Source: a virus
Virus record (IMG/VR): IMGVR_UViG_3300046387_000246
Location: 1-64,000 of that record
Reading direction: 5' to 3' (one strand)
Length of the DNA stretch: 64,000 nucleotides
Part shown: piece after piece, positions 38,601 to 43,823 of the stretch
Layout of the letters: every line of letters begins with the position of its first letter
Position numbering within the stretch: position 1 is the stretch's first letter
Notes under the pieces: generated by a model
What the model saw: only the letters and a program-made list of their open reading frames with translations
The model's database searches: none
Told to the model about the DNA's origin: nothing
Position numbers and translations under genes: made by a program

Positions 38601-40383
38601 TCACTCAACATTCATAACAAGATTTGAATATGCATCATTAGTTACTGACTTCGGTGTTGATGATACCTTTAAGGTTGGTGATACATTACAATTACAGAAC
38701 GCTGGACAATCTGTAGGACATACATTTATTGTTACTGAACACGATGCAGACAATAATTACGTATACCTTGCAAATGAAGAAGGTAGATACGTAGGTATTG
38801 GTGAAGATTTAACTGTAATCCAAGGTGATACTGCATATCAACTTGCTAAGATTCCACCTGGATCTAACTTCCCAAGCGTTACAACTTCTGCAATAACTAC
38901 AGTAAATATTTCAAACACAACTGCTTATGGAAAGATTGAAAAAATTGAACAAATCGGTCTACGTGCGATCATTCACCTTGGTGATACTTCTGGAACATTC
39001 GTTAAGAACGCTCAAATCATCGGTGATTATGGATTCAGAGGTGCTTGTTCAGTTGCTAAGACTTTACGTGGACGTGTTAGAAGGTACTTCAGAGGATTCG
39101 ATGGAGAAACTAAGAACTTCAAGTTAACACAAACAAACGGTACTGCATACTTCCCAGATCCAGCAGGTCATATGATGATCTTCGTGAACGGTATTCTACA
39201 ACCACCAGGCGGTAGTAACGCATTCACTGCATTCTCTGACAACATTCAATTCACTGAAGCACCTGCAATTAACTCTACCTTCCACGGTGTGTACGTAGGT
39301 AAGTTAAGACAGTTGGATGACATCTCATTCGACTTCGATTCATTACGTAACTCATTCAACTTGAAGTTAGGTGGAGTGTTCTACTCCTTGACACTAACTG
39401 AAGGTGTACAGTCAAATACAATTAGACCTGAAAACAACATCATCTGTCAGTTAAATGGTGTTATTCAGGAACCAGGCATCGGTTTTGAGATCGTTGGTTC
39501 ACGTATTATCTTCTCTGAAGTTCCTCGTGCTGGTTCAACATTCGTTGCATTCTCCTACATTGGTTCTGATGTTGACGTTATTGCTGCAACAGTCGTACCA
39601 CCAATCGAAGCTGGTGACAAACTAGCAATTGAAGGTGAAGAATTTGAAAGAACTGTTGCTCTGATTGAGTCTTCTAACTCACTAATTACCTTCGAATACA
39701 CTGGATCTGTTCGTGGACGTAACGCTTCTGCTCTTGCAACTATCGAGAAAGGACGTATCACTGAAGCGATACTTACAAACTCAGGTGATGGTTATACATC
39801 TCGTCCAAACGTTGATGTGATTTCCTCCTCTGGTTTCGGTGGTAAGATTAAAGCACTCGTTGGTCTCGCACGTATTGATGTTAAGAATGCGGGTCAAGGT
39901 TACTCACATCCATCGATTGAAGTTGCTACTACAGTCGCAGACGACTTCTTAGGACCTATAGGTGCTGGTGTTAACGGTGGTATCGATATTTACGATCCTA
40001 ATTACATTCCACCTGGCGAAACTGAGGCAGTTGGTGAAGCATTTATAACCATTGAATCACAACCTGTTAACACAACAGTTAACCAAGGTGATCCTGCATC
40101 ATTCACTGTGATCGCATCCACAACACCTGCTGGTGGCACTATTAACTATCAGTGGCAGAAGAAGGATTATGGTACTAACGCTTGGATAAATATATCAGGT
40201 GCTACATCACCTACCTTCAATGCTCCTGCAACTACACAGGCAGATGGTGGTGATGAATTCAGAGTCGGACTTACATCAGTCGGTGCAACTCCAACATTAT
40301 CTCAATCAGCAGTTCTAACGATTAACATCGGTGCAACTACAGTTGATAACTTCAGTCCAGATCAAATCTTTGATGACAACTAA
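14683..40383 (+). CDS. gp7: giant (8566 aa) baseplate wedge initiator gp7-like multidomain virion protein
   Basis: Position after gp6; N-term Q.P.FI.ED..FV..L..YY, IK.I.DFY.SKGT..S...LFK.LF, QDS.FYQNFSYVIKS...HPVGF; GSGY repeats, YHYH, beta-propeller-like, two LamG-like, helical repeats, nested repeats, C-terminal Ig-like. Confidence 0.75.
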   Translation: MKAITISDRLQDQIPAFIKEDNDQFVNLLTQYYKSQEKSGRPYDVLSNILRYTDIGSGEFDPNFLSSTSAVLERVDPTQKTIIAENVNYFLENDGTIKIDEEVIYYDKITHSPDIVFTPGVDKAEFDRKIQEFEPISDQFDGSTTLFPLRLLGKPVTPQSSQHLLVIVNNEFKYPDVDYFLEGDKIRLVNPPETPTGLLTGAINTVRYLIGYTSIPVRSLDTITVANDAKEFELKLDGSSYTPLSTVSSIVVVNRVEKRPYEDFTIFENKLIFKEDIGENSVIAIRSIELIAPEFGGGASAVAQIEDEKLKSVIVKEGGSGYRLSFAPKISVASTKGTGFGATAEALVNGIKETQLLFAGQGYASNNPPVVIVDSPADPEGKTAQIRAVVDDSIEGVSQLIVDSSGSGYDRIPSIKFQNPGGATISNPTLTNGVIDPDSITVTDDGSGYTTAPLVYLDLPTGDNAIRANVVATIDAFGRVNGITVVSGGQGYTSVPRARIIDPVGAQILDVNVTAGRVTNIELLTGGAGYTDAPSVYIVDNRKDITGAPAGGTGATAVATIFNGEITDINITSFGNGYSETEPPQVFIAAPPAPEASCDVGFGEITGFTIHSAGSGYQPSAFVNCKRGVSSTSSFDQKGNQVYSTEASTIQSSHEIGGVIHNLDTLFAKELYRRYVNQYLPNAEIDYEKVNAPQIIKTISDFYASKGTKISTQYLFKMLFSENVDVSYPKDEVIKPSAASWNVDTVLRAELIEGDPIDLLDSQLIQYVDDVDNSVKGASALIENVIAINTGVGTVYELAISEETLQGSFTIPYKTTLVESLNTTESIITVDSTIGWPERNGTIRINDTEQVQYKEKTLNQFIECTRSKNGVVEDWDAGTVIHSDIFVYCNRGTNTEIKLRVLGIADAKSTVLTDTGSYYLPGDKLNVASLGSTATDQRITSWLYNVKKLINVTDIVPGGLNNQTATVTCSNKHGLLVGDTVTIYGANPTVFNGTFLVTSRISDFLFEYNIPAPADAAPQGNILLSVDLNKGKSTEEGISIAIRDFTTNVQNTFFDDTHSYIASSGIPNYQVGPFVGSALLPGNQRKLIRIPRVINTISKREQTSFGPIGAWVNGVSAWSYKSETKIKYGGVIDISITNVGQGYDAANPPVIEISGGNGTGAAASVVVNGALSEIEVTSGGTGYTSSPLVSIVGGNGFGATATAVITNGVVSKILVENPGQGYTSQPDVSISGGEGTGATATAEVRGPIQSVSIDNAGSSYTASPTIKLNSGEGAVAQSIIINGRIVSIAIIAAGRAYTTAPEIVINGDGYGAVARATIGTVGEDRGKVIGVTVVNRGIGYTTGNTTIRLEAVGEMATFTANVFEWTRNLQDELGQSFDTARGYVFAGYNTQYGGEYAHVSDPKQLRYVLGDNVFKNQSTQQLQELATGWLHSPILGWAFDGNPIYGPYGYIDATDQSSGVRRIRSSYKIKDVLIYDAATNPTPVRADGPLLSNYSAGSFIEDYEYTFQYGDLDQYNGRFCKTPEFPEGIYAYFVSIDASDAGNPIFPYICGSQLYSKADEWNYSQNAVQTNIPLGVVRFRDPYEDVDIDIDRQPNQDTDILVTEFGEELIFEIEDTNRDGVINNLEDSTPINIAEEPVLQLFDYYPKVSTRSEVDIDIETTTKFEDAQVDGFVVENPGISYKVNDKLYFDNTDTEGFGASAKVDSVKGLSISGYSSYMANDIPYGRITTPSEHELRIGDEVIVTSNPILDSTNKTYRVKVISGVEELTITQNGVGYSSELPPTYELITDTGQDFQLSLVRTDAGGVSQANIINSGSGYSASNPPQIRVSHPQRYKKATYFLSFIKEATGILSVNDVRVADDRTIYVVGQRDITGGDTCGVLAKFNSDGRLLWQRTLVPTVPNANPKSLKWNSLYVENSNPHNIYVIGETVPNITNLTHNPDVIVAKYTSGFDNANNPDGILQWQRDIAGISGATRRDYATSIALDQDGRVMIGGYTDSNSLYADDMWVALLDIDGSIMEKRKIASSAVSERLHQLKWKSTDRFLFVGINEPDNTSDIIIGETVYDSATIELAWSKKITNASYKFKNPTFTIDEYGSVYVTATAVNTDGKNYGVLYVKFDNDVYTSTIHQKIFVPSGTYQSCENGGVKFDIFGNVDVSCSVQEDFNAAKSVTLKVGWNTGTAINSTVLSETSGIGFKPVAVSNDNSGDTIVVGNKVESDQLAIFNWDTADNLFDETYNDTLKTGTNKQWYATGNAVIDDTKKFAGASSIKLDAANSLALQYGSDVATSWTMEGFWALGSTQYAAANTKPIFYTSTDNAGNVVKFGLDADQSSPNYGKSFIDISGTTTFSAASVYFAVLNNEVFIHVAAVKERVGVGDYKYRFFINGIETQVLTSTTIDVNLKDASVGPDGTPGSVNNWIGWIDNIVISPTAKYVEAFTPPDTPILGSNSISKGFLYKVDKDKTQLGSFTLNDVESGHQITLASTSAYTFNTQAVTLNPWTIGPAGIQILDYGDVVAQHVPGVFTVTSTDQSYANKTSTIPTPGGKKLLLTTTVVPKYYFKDATYTQIDLVKTISFNQPATFTKGATLQQYSVIGGSDVISAYGQIVEVGASSVKIGKIIGTFDNTKLLKSTANDINELERNFTEEKTETQWATNFNYTVGDVVYNDKKLYTAQTTGVSSTIAPVHTTGVVSDGAINWAYTSASGIYVVDLANTSYNGSTLATFASWKAFSASDYTIKIEEIYDDSNFIKGDTIDADAVNLQFAVDATGKIATFTGLLGVKKISLIAKLNKDVIPSGSLTNTDLVYCSAASRHNFELNDIIFTENFGTNDYNGSFFVEEIFNSRDFSFRLRSTAVQDPTFAGTGSSVANVNIYAKHPKFLFVRGHQYIFDLDDASNLGYYLSFSKDNQYKLEYPFINIVREGTPGFTDDDSPTPLVKFIINEDVTNISYYFDPSRTGANSPVGEGSFIDVITSPYQGTFRVTGTSNGGKTFDFRLLNEPEKTTGAVGNDEFGLPRSTYSTTSIKAIGPISAIKLVNPGGFYQKLPIVTDIASNREIEKVRVTNGGTEYVNGVYYNVPISGDGEGAMCNITVTDDGDFTGVITDVTLTSAGKGYKTATIDVDAIPGILGPLLAGSGAVLDVVIPDEGSGASVFLQGKSIGKIKKLKNNEFGFGYSHDYTLKPEITFPVNLQLFNTALLAQIKITDPGSGYTSTPAVVIEGGGGSGASAEAIVKNNRLSEIIIKDPGAGYSSEPTVTLKSEFNYVVNVDLGYLQFNFPHGITNGAEVTLRAEDLGSTVGILPKPSSAGLVSLSSSQTYYAIAGQANGLESDQLRISLTQLDAESGSYITFLTQGEGRQILLTEVFGGQATAIVETSRFLAGELVYQGTSLQLASATGYVSTNEGWQIGPRILKLENYDGVWNPGERVTGEVSRASGLIDNLSIARGTLEIASLTNTPGQFIDDVGKPSEIVQKIQDSYFYQNFSYVIKSQTPINQWRKPVLETNHPVGFNLFGELSITGGKDISGRKVVSDLIKEVNINSFTNINKITSFANAQPIYTQFNNTEVLFRQKRLTNSEEILTSIVKKLDDISEDFDGIRTQFPLNVEGGSITAADNQMFVLINGVAQSPSVAFSTSGPSVVFTEAPKAPSRIKFRKVTLAQKIITRLTFSSIGGIFPLLGNTVRGIVSEATATVIDSGTNYIDVIDGEGTFQINENVLNSATGFNSVLSDVSPQTSKTIYEQGERITNLQGKFAVIEENNLDDGTVTNLLVVSRTSGTAEFETGEFDLGFNDIIYSARSKIAATIQSIAPYQDEVSNQIIDTVDLSPSSSFFGLVFQRVPSITFPNVILDNISETVINPTELYTETVNNQDFLDFENVRNQEVRLYNQSGTAFVAGDKLRLKKLYFGNSSLRRGHDVRTFNAAEALTRNARFIAEESVGAMLAFYPSFSIQTGRNADCEDDIVDALTMMAWQLEFDGNSEVFDIANTYVQGGGVYHVDGEVPQTVYAMEQARDLAIKCINMVTINTVHTSLQQWKDLTVTGEYSVTDNSHGDARTMILANKWYIAHEALYYAKQQNPGYTVSGGDEHCLSDIVDVLEALGYNTAHGGNDFVYEATDRILHYGVTSGDRDTIVNAMTKARDMAIAVMRNTAVAKQDTSHGWTQFTDATLTASLESPLCATVEATITTLMNLLINALGTTASPGTRAAFLAGQTRTEPSTALLSVPDANACVNQTSAITNYFRIITDTLQDPTGADKVTYPWSTSNLQRVAPPYSFVDTENLKSIKHAYKDKSSGGFFVFGETVTGITSGNTAEIIGSNAGNKWIYTKNPTGAFTAGEYITNSLLTNTNVVVDNLDYAVGTGSLEFNGSAYLTYPATENVAFGDGAGAAGDFTIELWVKVTAVNTNQVLIDFRTAAGSTTEAYLIIVNNTVRWNTGNVDRITSSASLQANTWTHIAVTRNSGLTRLFVGGSKEGVDYTDATNYGNMPVKIGANVAGSLPMTGHIENLMIKKGIAEYSSSFTPSATYDSGDLRLTFGFDGEAPIPLIKGEIYATFQQTITSQCSADGVELWRDEIMTEEIDLARDTYRDCADIIEKNKYWIAEEAIGRMKAKYPDFIIPGDTGISDQGTKTCLRDTYEYIIPAIVADLKYGGNYNTIVAGRGYLANQQGQLAHVNGELLQSIYAWREVGKLCNTVITANADDLTGVYTTRIRVPNYFASPASSTITTYISDIMDDLLDVLGPTGHRYRDGADLLYFNRKAIAEETVMWLEEKYNIMIGFNTADKLTIPGGSVGTNKCIRDLRDHIIPAISGDLLTGGNANIQGIIDSYLSSSDNISYVETELLPMLDAIGYTKWLMEKALQNCLVGRSENVANITGMTPLTIDDLFQLQYTDIPVFRKEVSADDNFAEQPLDPQIYAGSQRALDAADLINTNKRAIAEEAVDLTIKTEAFKHYGFRVPGGKVNCEDDIVDILEGVVHDLRFNSNSKTYDAALLYLDSENGLKHVKDQPAETLFAMKMARDMTVLAIQNRLGFKPYATYAPAGGGATGGEGFAGGGAIVEPRDTYYENASGNKAYNAADEIRNNLRFIATTAVGRAVQQYPSLAFGGYGYQSCVDDCVDILESLVFNLSHGGNNKMWYATEFYITDANAIQHVNNQAAEVKYVFEQARDLAIAVMRQQLITTNGYTEGDAIYDLDITIDQASGTAKHTPSNATYNPNTGDLVLTITGSHSITTSDTLRIDTNSLVFTCDQDDHQTLHPYPRATDPAALAILPITAVSGQDITVNVGITQRINFDAKDSTYDPETGLLTLDIGSHNLRIGQSLKILQDELLFRCSQDNYRTIHKYPRITDPVVDKAIDIEAVGTTFHTATFASWRPDSAFLSITIPNHGFKNGDRVRISNHSMTFTCSMDQHYSKKTYPRLSDAASGLFLPISNVTRNNFDVNIGKSPIKYFTPSQANYNPTTGALELILGNHGLTAGTHIKIADNSLTFTCDEDDNATYHTYPRTQTVQVTPTDASYNPVNGHLTVTVANHDFKVGEFVKVAENGIVMTCDMDGNASEHPYPRKKDPAYDSWMEIAAISTNTFTFKVGESPQISFTPTDAVYTPTTGDMKLTIGTHNLQAGTALKIEESGIVFSCAQDNHATEHPYPRSTILTAPNISNAMYDPAAGLLTVTTAAVHGFTDGDKVKFADNAITFTCSMDSNATNHPYPRSTDPASGKWLEVDVTSTTEFTCNVGRTPSVVFDPSMVVYDPSTGIMVMTIGAHDLTVGTSVRIANNSITFKCAQDNYATDHSYPRSTDPFYDTSCPITAVTDTTISVQVLSTVPSTNVTAHTWQPPAKLTPTNATYNPSTGVMEVTVANHGLMNGEHIRIDENAFTFTCNQDSNATNHAYPRSTDPAYHQFLPVSNVTQNTFQVTVLAVTPSTNTTTHAFVSAVSDSITRGVVRSGGIYTHAFVSAVAGSLSYKKDQAFDSSVTIKHEGTPLTPTGASYSGTTGICQITSNNHGLIDGDYVKLRDGALTFTCAEDSNATNHPYPRHTDLASNKWLKVTNVTQNTFDIQVLFSIPSTNQTAHLFVSGLTDGIVKKDDTITVNVGATTAGNYEHKFLYAEPAAIKTGGNYNHVFKSALPYSITKSKDPSYSNVLTIDGATSTSITVNVLPAVPSTNETSHTFISASNNAITTGGQYVHKFIEAQPDGIELESGSITVNVGTTPAVFYSVADAIYDGETGDMELMVGAHELLEGTSIKIHDNALTFTCDMDDHASEHVYPRLTDPAANTALVMKEAGSTSHTVTDASYNTITGDMTCTLNGHGLKTSRTLSPTFAKFDPTTGDMEIYSVNHGITDGESVKLADGAVTFRCAKDQFSSTHPYPRSSDPASDQFLVVKHASQNRFTVNVGTGETGGAISDQSEHRFQASVPNSITVAPNMVKFDQDAITFTCTKDSNATNHAYPRADDPVAGHWIPIKAVTTNTFTVNVGVSTAAGNYPHTFVSATTGGMKLQTGWVKVNVGSTPSTGFDPATASFNAITGIMTLGLGNHYFNRFDNIRVQPESLIFTCGLDNNATNHPYPRSTLIESTPSDVDYNPSTGYLTITQNNHGFSNGDFVRFKENAFTFTCDMNGNADNHSYPRTTDPVYDKWVTVESVQANTFNVFVGKTPTTGFEPYAVDYNPSTGLMKMTIGEHKFTTSQSIRIAAMSLNFRCDQDGQATDHLYPRSTDPLYQTSVPISAVDDTSITIQTLASAPSTNITTHVWQPQVGITPTGIDYDPVTGMMTVTCSNHGYNEGDMVKFAENGITFTCDKDSHVSDHPYPRKTDPAWDKWLPIETVTGTTFRVKVLDNVPSTNISTHTFKSAVANCITRATVRGGGVYNHTTVSIASNSMEHKRDPFYQRGINIDQVEETTHTVTNASYSPSSGVMRLTIPNHNFTASTSHTVTDALYTPADSMLRLTIAGHGFKEGDRIRIADNSITFTCDQDSNTTNHSYPRSTDPGSGAWLVATKVSTNHFHVNVGNFFGRGPISNQTTHSFVSATANGVEKANDKIKMAENSVTFTCAKDDNETLHPYPRQNDPAYNEYLPISDVTTHEFDVFVGRANLDQTVHQFYSATDNGVTHPTGNITINVGISSNTTTHNYVTTTTTYDITGATYSPTTGVMTLTIPNHKMYVGEYIYLADGAVTFSQGALPNSNDEVSGRMIRVQGVISDNRILIVYGTNSNTASWSYQSATAGAVTKPKILGGGVYNHKYVSSTGMAVRGGGHYTHQFEGPAKTTVTDAAYNPTSGVMTVTVPNHGWETGDGVIIDDDSIVFTCTQDSGATEHPYPRSKDPVSRQILTISNVTTNTFDVQVLATTPSTNTTTHTFVRATKHGIRRAAIHTGGAYNHIFVSSTNDSLTSYVGGGAARCQNEASAITTLMNIPINLFGSGSANPNTYISGITRTLPKEWPLTGERAIQRDISITYDSGSGDCATEASTISTLFGYLINVIDTASKGNGNYFTNQSITRNAPAQTNTLLAGGGICYNVVSAMSTLADLLEDTLGQAPEMYRQTARLLLLNDTYVRRESYYKTVQTYAGYNGDEDFGDSVRKAFIYDLLTDGNIATIDLVNSWFDAEGNFIAYPGIFRTQLIFHADAVKEMCVKIIKQKADNPGGYNQEIPYENKEYRPTETAEHKLHQLYHIIDVALNRSTFPSIYLKFNFDVGAQVNQNGSLDAPDGHNFEAYDRVTYTVLGTAIEELDRTTYIIHPDTSENLIWLAEEIDGEKLTVLSPGTPGQTHQLSVSDETGINRVPTTYGTRNVPTPITGGINTADIFFGETSGAYGEVIRIQDNLADILYAVKWMPLTRTSDPETFVNGEEVVKTGATGNKGTILATDNATYVKIIITGGNIQSGDAIEGSTSGATGNIGSDIHDRLLINIKQGDFIATDILYAKNATSKAEALIVRNNDGALLDNQSGRVTFDIESVKGQFNSGDVIYGSVTDQIIEIEGFNILPGFGEYIHSTFITRFEYASLVTDFGVDDTFKVGDTLQLQNAGQSVGHTFIVTEHDADNNYVYLANEEGRYVGIGEDLTVIQGDTAYQLAKIPPGSNFPSVTTSAITTVNISNTTAYGKIEKIEQIGLRAIIHLGDTSGTFVKNAQIIGDYGFRGACSVAKTLRGRVRRYFRGFDGETKNFKLTQTNGTAYFPDPAGHMMIFVNGILQPPGGSNAFTAFSDNIQFTEAPAINSTFHGVYVGKLRQLDDISFDFDSLRNSFNLKLGGVFYSLTLTEGVQSNTIRPENNIICQLNGVIQEPGIGFEIVGSRIIFSEVPRAGSTFVAFSYIGSDVDVIAATVVPPIEAGDKLAIEGEEFERTVALIESSNSLITFEYTGSVRGRNASALATIEKGRITEAILTNSGDGYTSRPNVDVISSSGFGGKIKALVGLARIDVKNAGQGYSHPSIEVATTVADDFLGPIGAGVNGGIDIYDPNYIPPGETEAVGEAFITIESQPVNTTVNQGDPASFTVIASTTPAGGTINYQWQKKDYGTNAWINISGATSPTFNAPATTQADGGDEFRVGLTSVGATPTLSQSAVLTINIGATTVDNFSPDQIFDDN
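30260..36810 (+). repeat. 21 recursively nested copies of a ~100-aa domain (A.YNP.TG...H.L..GD.V....TFTC..D....H.YPR..DP...H.F.SA)
   Basis: 20 YPR motifs plus one variant copy; open and close segments parse as balanced brackets. Confidence 0.85.
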
Positions 40384-42128
40384 TGGCAGCTCAAGGTTCC
40401 TATAATGCAGCAACAGATGTACTAACAGTAACTGGCGATGGAATGCCACATCCAGTTGCTAAGGGTACGTTCCCTAATGCAAACAATCTAAATGAAGTAT
40501 CTGCGTATACTTTCAGTCACGCTTTTACGTATAGAGGTGGAGATAACACAACTGCTGGTGGTTCTATACCACTAGGTATTGTTGGAATTTCTGCCAACGG
40601 TGTTGCTTTGTTTAATCCCTCTGCTGGTAGTCTTGGAACTCCTCCATCTGGATTTAATTGGGTTGCTTCTGATGTCTTTGGTATGTACAATCCTGGTGAT
40701 GATGCTGCTGGTGGTAGACCTAACGCTAATGATCAATACCATTATATTGATGGTGATTTTCTAAGTTCTTGGAAAGTTAATCAAGTGATGGGTTCTTACA
40801 ATGATTATTATGGATTAAGTCAGTATCAAGGTGATAATATGCGTCACCCTGATGGACATTCTAAAATTTTAGGATTGGCATTTGACGGTTATCCTGTCTA
40901 CGGTCCTTATGGATATGATTCAGCACAAGATAACACATCTCCTGTTAAAATTATGGAGACAGGTTATCAAATTAGAGAAAGTATTGCTACTAATAGACCT
41001 GCATATGGTAATACAGCAGCAAATCCTCCTAAAGGTTCTCTTGTAGAGGACTATGAATATAACGTTAGTAAATCTGGGAGACATTTAGATGTATACAATG
41101 GTCGCTATTGCCATACTCCTGAGTATCCAAACGGTACTTTTGCTTATTTCGTCACCATATGGAACGACGAAACGGAAACAAAAACACATACGGTAACTGT
41201 TACAAGTGAATCTGATGGTAACAAATATCGTCTTGATGGTGTTCTTTATCCCAACTTAACATTTATTCAAGGAAGTACATATAAGTTTATACAGGATGAC
41301 TCTAGTAATCTTACACATCCTATTAGATTTTCAACAACACAACACGGTATTCACGGTGGTGGAGTTGAGTATACCAGTGGCGTAACTCACGTTGGTACAC
41401 CAGGTCAACCTGGTGCATATACAGAGTTTGTTGTGCCATCAGATGCACCAAACTTATACTACTATTGCCACAACCATAATGGTATGGCTGGTACTGGTGG
41501 TGCTATTACAGTATTGCCTAATCGCTACTTGACACCTAAGTTTCCGTATATATTAGGACTTTCTTCTAAAGAGACACTAAATATACCAGCAAACCAAGGT
41601 ATTGGTCAGGCAGCAGCAGGTGGTGGAGATGCTGGTGGAGGAACTCCATCCCAACCTCCTAATATTATAATTACTAATCAACCTACTAATGCAACTATTG
41701 CTGCTGGAGGATCACAATCCTTTAGTTTGATTGCTGTAATTGAACCTGAAGATGGTACTAAAGGGTACCAGTGGCAAGTTTCAACTGACGGTGGATTTGC
41801 TTGGTCTAATATATCTGGTGCAAATACATCATCATATACATTGACAGCAGCAGCCTTTATGACTGGTTACAGATACCGATGTGTCGTGACAGGTCCTATA
41901 GGTGAATCACAACAAGCACAAAACTCACCCCTTGCATCAAACCTTGTAATCCTTACTGTGACTGGTGGTACCAGTCAAACCGATACGTCCAATGTTTTGA
42001 AGTGGGACAGTAGTATTGGTAAATTCGATATGACTTCGATACCTTTTGATAGGGATAATAATAATCCCGACTTGGCGAGATCTGACGTACGTTTTGATCA
42101 AACCAATTTTGAATTCGACCTCACATAA
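40383..42128 (+). CDS. YHYH-domain virion protein with inserted cupredoxin-like domain and Ig-like domain
   Basis: G.SANGVALFNP, QYHY, HSKILGLAFDGYPVYGPYG, LDVYNGR...TPEYPNGT.AYF; LYYYCHNHNGM; IT.QP....YQWQ Ig-like. Confidence 0.8.
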   Translation: MAAQGSYNAATDVLTVTGDGMPHPVAKGTFPNANNLNEVSAYTFSHAFTYRGGDNTTAGGSIPLGIVGISANGVALFNPSAGSLGTPPSGFNWVASDVFGMYNPGDDAAGGRPNANDQYHYIDGDFLSSWKVNQVMGSYNDYYGLSQYQGDNMRHPDGHSKILGLAFDGYPVYGPYGYDSAQDNTSPVKIMETGYQIRESIATNRPAYGNTAANPPKGSLVEDYEYNVSKSGRHLDVYNGRYCHTPEYPNGTFAYFVTIWNDETETKTHTVTVTSESDGNKYRLDGVLYPNLTFIQGSTYKFIQDDSSNLTHPIRFSTTQHGIHGGGVEYTSGVTHVGTPGQPGAYTEFVVPSDAPNLYYYCHNHNGMAGTGGAITVLPNRYLTPKFPYILGLSSKETLNIPANQGIGQAAAGGGDAGGGTPSQPPNIIITNQPTNATIAAGGSQSFSLIAVIEPEDGTKGYQWQVSTDGGFAWSNISGANTSSYTLTAAAFMTGYRYRCVVTGPIGESQQAQNSPLASNLVILTVTGGTSQTDTSNVLKWDSSIGKFDMTSIPFDRDNNNPDLARSDVRFDQTNFEFDLT

Positions 42129-42131
42129 ATA
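42124..42131 (+). promoter_or_regulatory. late promoter (CATAAATA)
   Basis: Near-consensus late box 25 bp upstream of ATG 42156. Confidence 0.6.
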
Positions 42132-42155
42132 AAACTGTAGAAAAACCCCACTACT

Positions 42156-43820
42156 ATGGCTAAACAGAATCTTAATATTGGTGTAAGTGCCAATGATGGA
42201 ACAGGTGATACCCTGAGAGATGGTGCTATAAAAGTTAATAATGTTATTAACGAAATGTATGCGGCTCTTGGAGATAATACAAACTTACAAATTTCAATCG
42301 GATCACCTTCGACCAACCAAGTCCTAAAATGGAATGGTTCAGTATTTACTGAAGGACAACTTGCAGCATCTAATCTGACAGACGTGGACGTTAGTGGGGT
42401 TACTAATGGACAGGTTCTTAAGTGGAATACTGCAAATGCTCGCTGGCAGCCAGGCGACGATCTACAAGGAGCAGGTGGTGGTGGATCTGCAATCAACAAC
42501 CTAACCAATAATGGTTCTGGTAACGTTGTTATACAAACTCACTTATTGCCTAATAGTGATAATACATACGACTTAGGATCTCCTACATTACGTTTTAGGG
42601 ATGCTTACCTGTATAACGCTTCATTATGGTTAGGCGAAACTGCACTCTCTACTGATCCTACATCTCAAGAGATGCAACGTAAGAAACGTCAAGAACATAC
42701 TGTACAAACTATTGACACTGGTGCTACTCGTACCGTTCAATCTAAATTGTCTTCTGAAGACTCAACACAAGAGGAGAAGTTTAGATTGCGTTTCAATGCT
42801 ATGAAAGCTGGTACTAAGTTACATATTGAAGATAGTAATGGTGCGAAGGCAGAAGTAGAATTCACTTCATTTACTGCTGAAGCAGGTGCTTCTAGAGGAT
42901 CTATTCAAGTTGCTGCTGTTGGTGCTAACCAATCACAAGAACTATCTACTGCAAGTGCTGTTAAGATTACATCTATCAACCGTATGTTATCTGAAGATGA
43001 AACAGGTAAAGTTGATATTAGTGGACAAGATTTAGATTTTGGTGGTAGTAATAAACTATTCTTTGATGACTCTGGTGTTTTAGAACTTACTGGATCTAAG
43101 ATTCGTTTTGGTGCTTCTGGTTCTAAGAAACTTATAGAATTTGATGGTAATGATAACCTAGTTCTTGATCAAGATACTGAGATACAATTTGGAGCAACAC
43201 ATAAATTGGCGATGGACTCATCTGGTAACCTGACGGTACCCGATGGGGAAATCAGGTTTGGTTCTTCTGCGAGGAAACTTAAGGTTGACTCTGATGGAAA
43301 CCTTGAACTACCAGCAGATGGTGAGATCAAGATTGGAACCAAGCGTATGAAGATTGGTAGTAACGGTACTTTAGACGTTGCTAACGATGGTACTACCTTC
43401 ACTGAAGTTGGTGGTGGATTCCAGACTCAGATTGGTAATGCTCCAGCTGGTGCATCTATCATTAAGGGTCACCAAAATGCGACTGTATACAAACCTTCAC
43501 CTGCGTTTTTATACAGGTTTACTGCATCAGGTCAGTCTGCATACTTAGTAAACGGACCTGGCTTGCCAAGCAACGCATCCAATCCTACTACTTTGGTATT
43601 CCATAGAGGATTTACTTATGATCTTCATAACCAAGCAGGTGGTGTACATCCTTTGAGATTACAAACAACAACTGGTACTTCGGGTACTCCATATACTACA
43701 GGTATTACTGGTGATCAATCTGGTATGCAAGAATTTGTAGTTCCTATGGATGCACCAAATACCTTGTATTTACAATGTACTGCACATACTCCAATGGTAT
43801 GTACTATTACTGTAAAATGA
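42156..43820 (+). CDS. baseplate tail-fibre connector, T4 gp9/gp10-type N-terminus
   Basis: MAKQNLNIGVSANDGTGDTLRDGAIKVN..NE.Y; QVLKWN repeats; C-terminal cupredoxin-like domain. Confidence 0.75.
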   Translation: MAKQNLNIGVSANDGTGDTLRDGAIKVNNVINEMYAALGDNTNLQISIGSPSTNQVLKWNGSVFTEGQLAASNLTDVDVSGVTNGQVLKWNTANARWQPGDDLQGAGGGGSAINNLTNNGSGNVVIQTHLLPNSDNTYDLGSPTLRFRDAYLYNASLWLGETALSTDPTSQEMQRKKRQEHTVQTIDTGATRTVQSKLSSEDSTQEEKFRLRFNAMKAGTKLHIEDSNGAKAEVEFTSFTAEAGASRGSIQVAAVGANQSQELSTASAVKITSINRMLSEDETGKVDISGQDLDFGGSNKLFFDDSGVLELTGSKIRFGASGSKKLIEFDGNDNLVLDQDTEIQFGATHKLAMDSSGNLTVPDGEIRFGSSARKLKVDSDGNLELPADGEIKIGTKRMKIGSNGTLDVANDGTTFTEVGGGFQTQIGNAPAGASIIKGHQNATVYKPSPAFLYRFTASGQSAYLVNGPGLPSNASNPTTLVFHRGFTYDLHNQAGGVHPLRLQTTTGTSGTPYTTGITGDQSGMQEFVVPMDAPNTLYLQCTAHTPMVCTITVK

Positions 43821-43823
43821 TAA

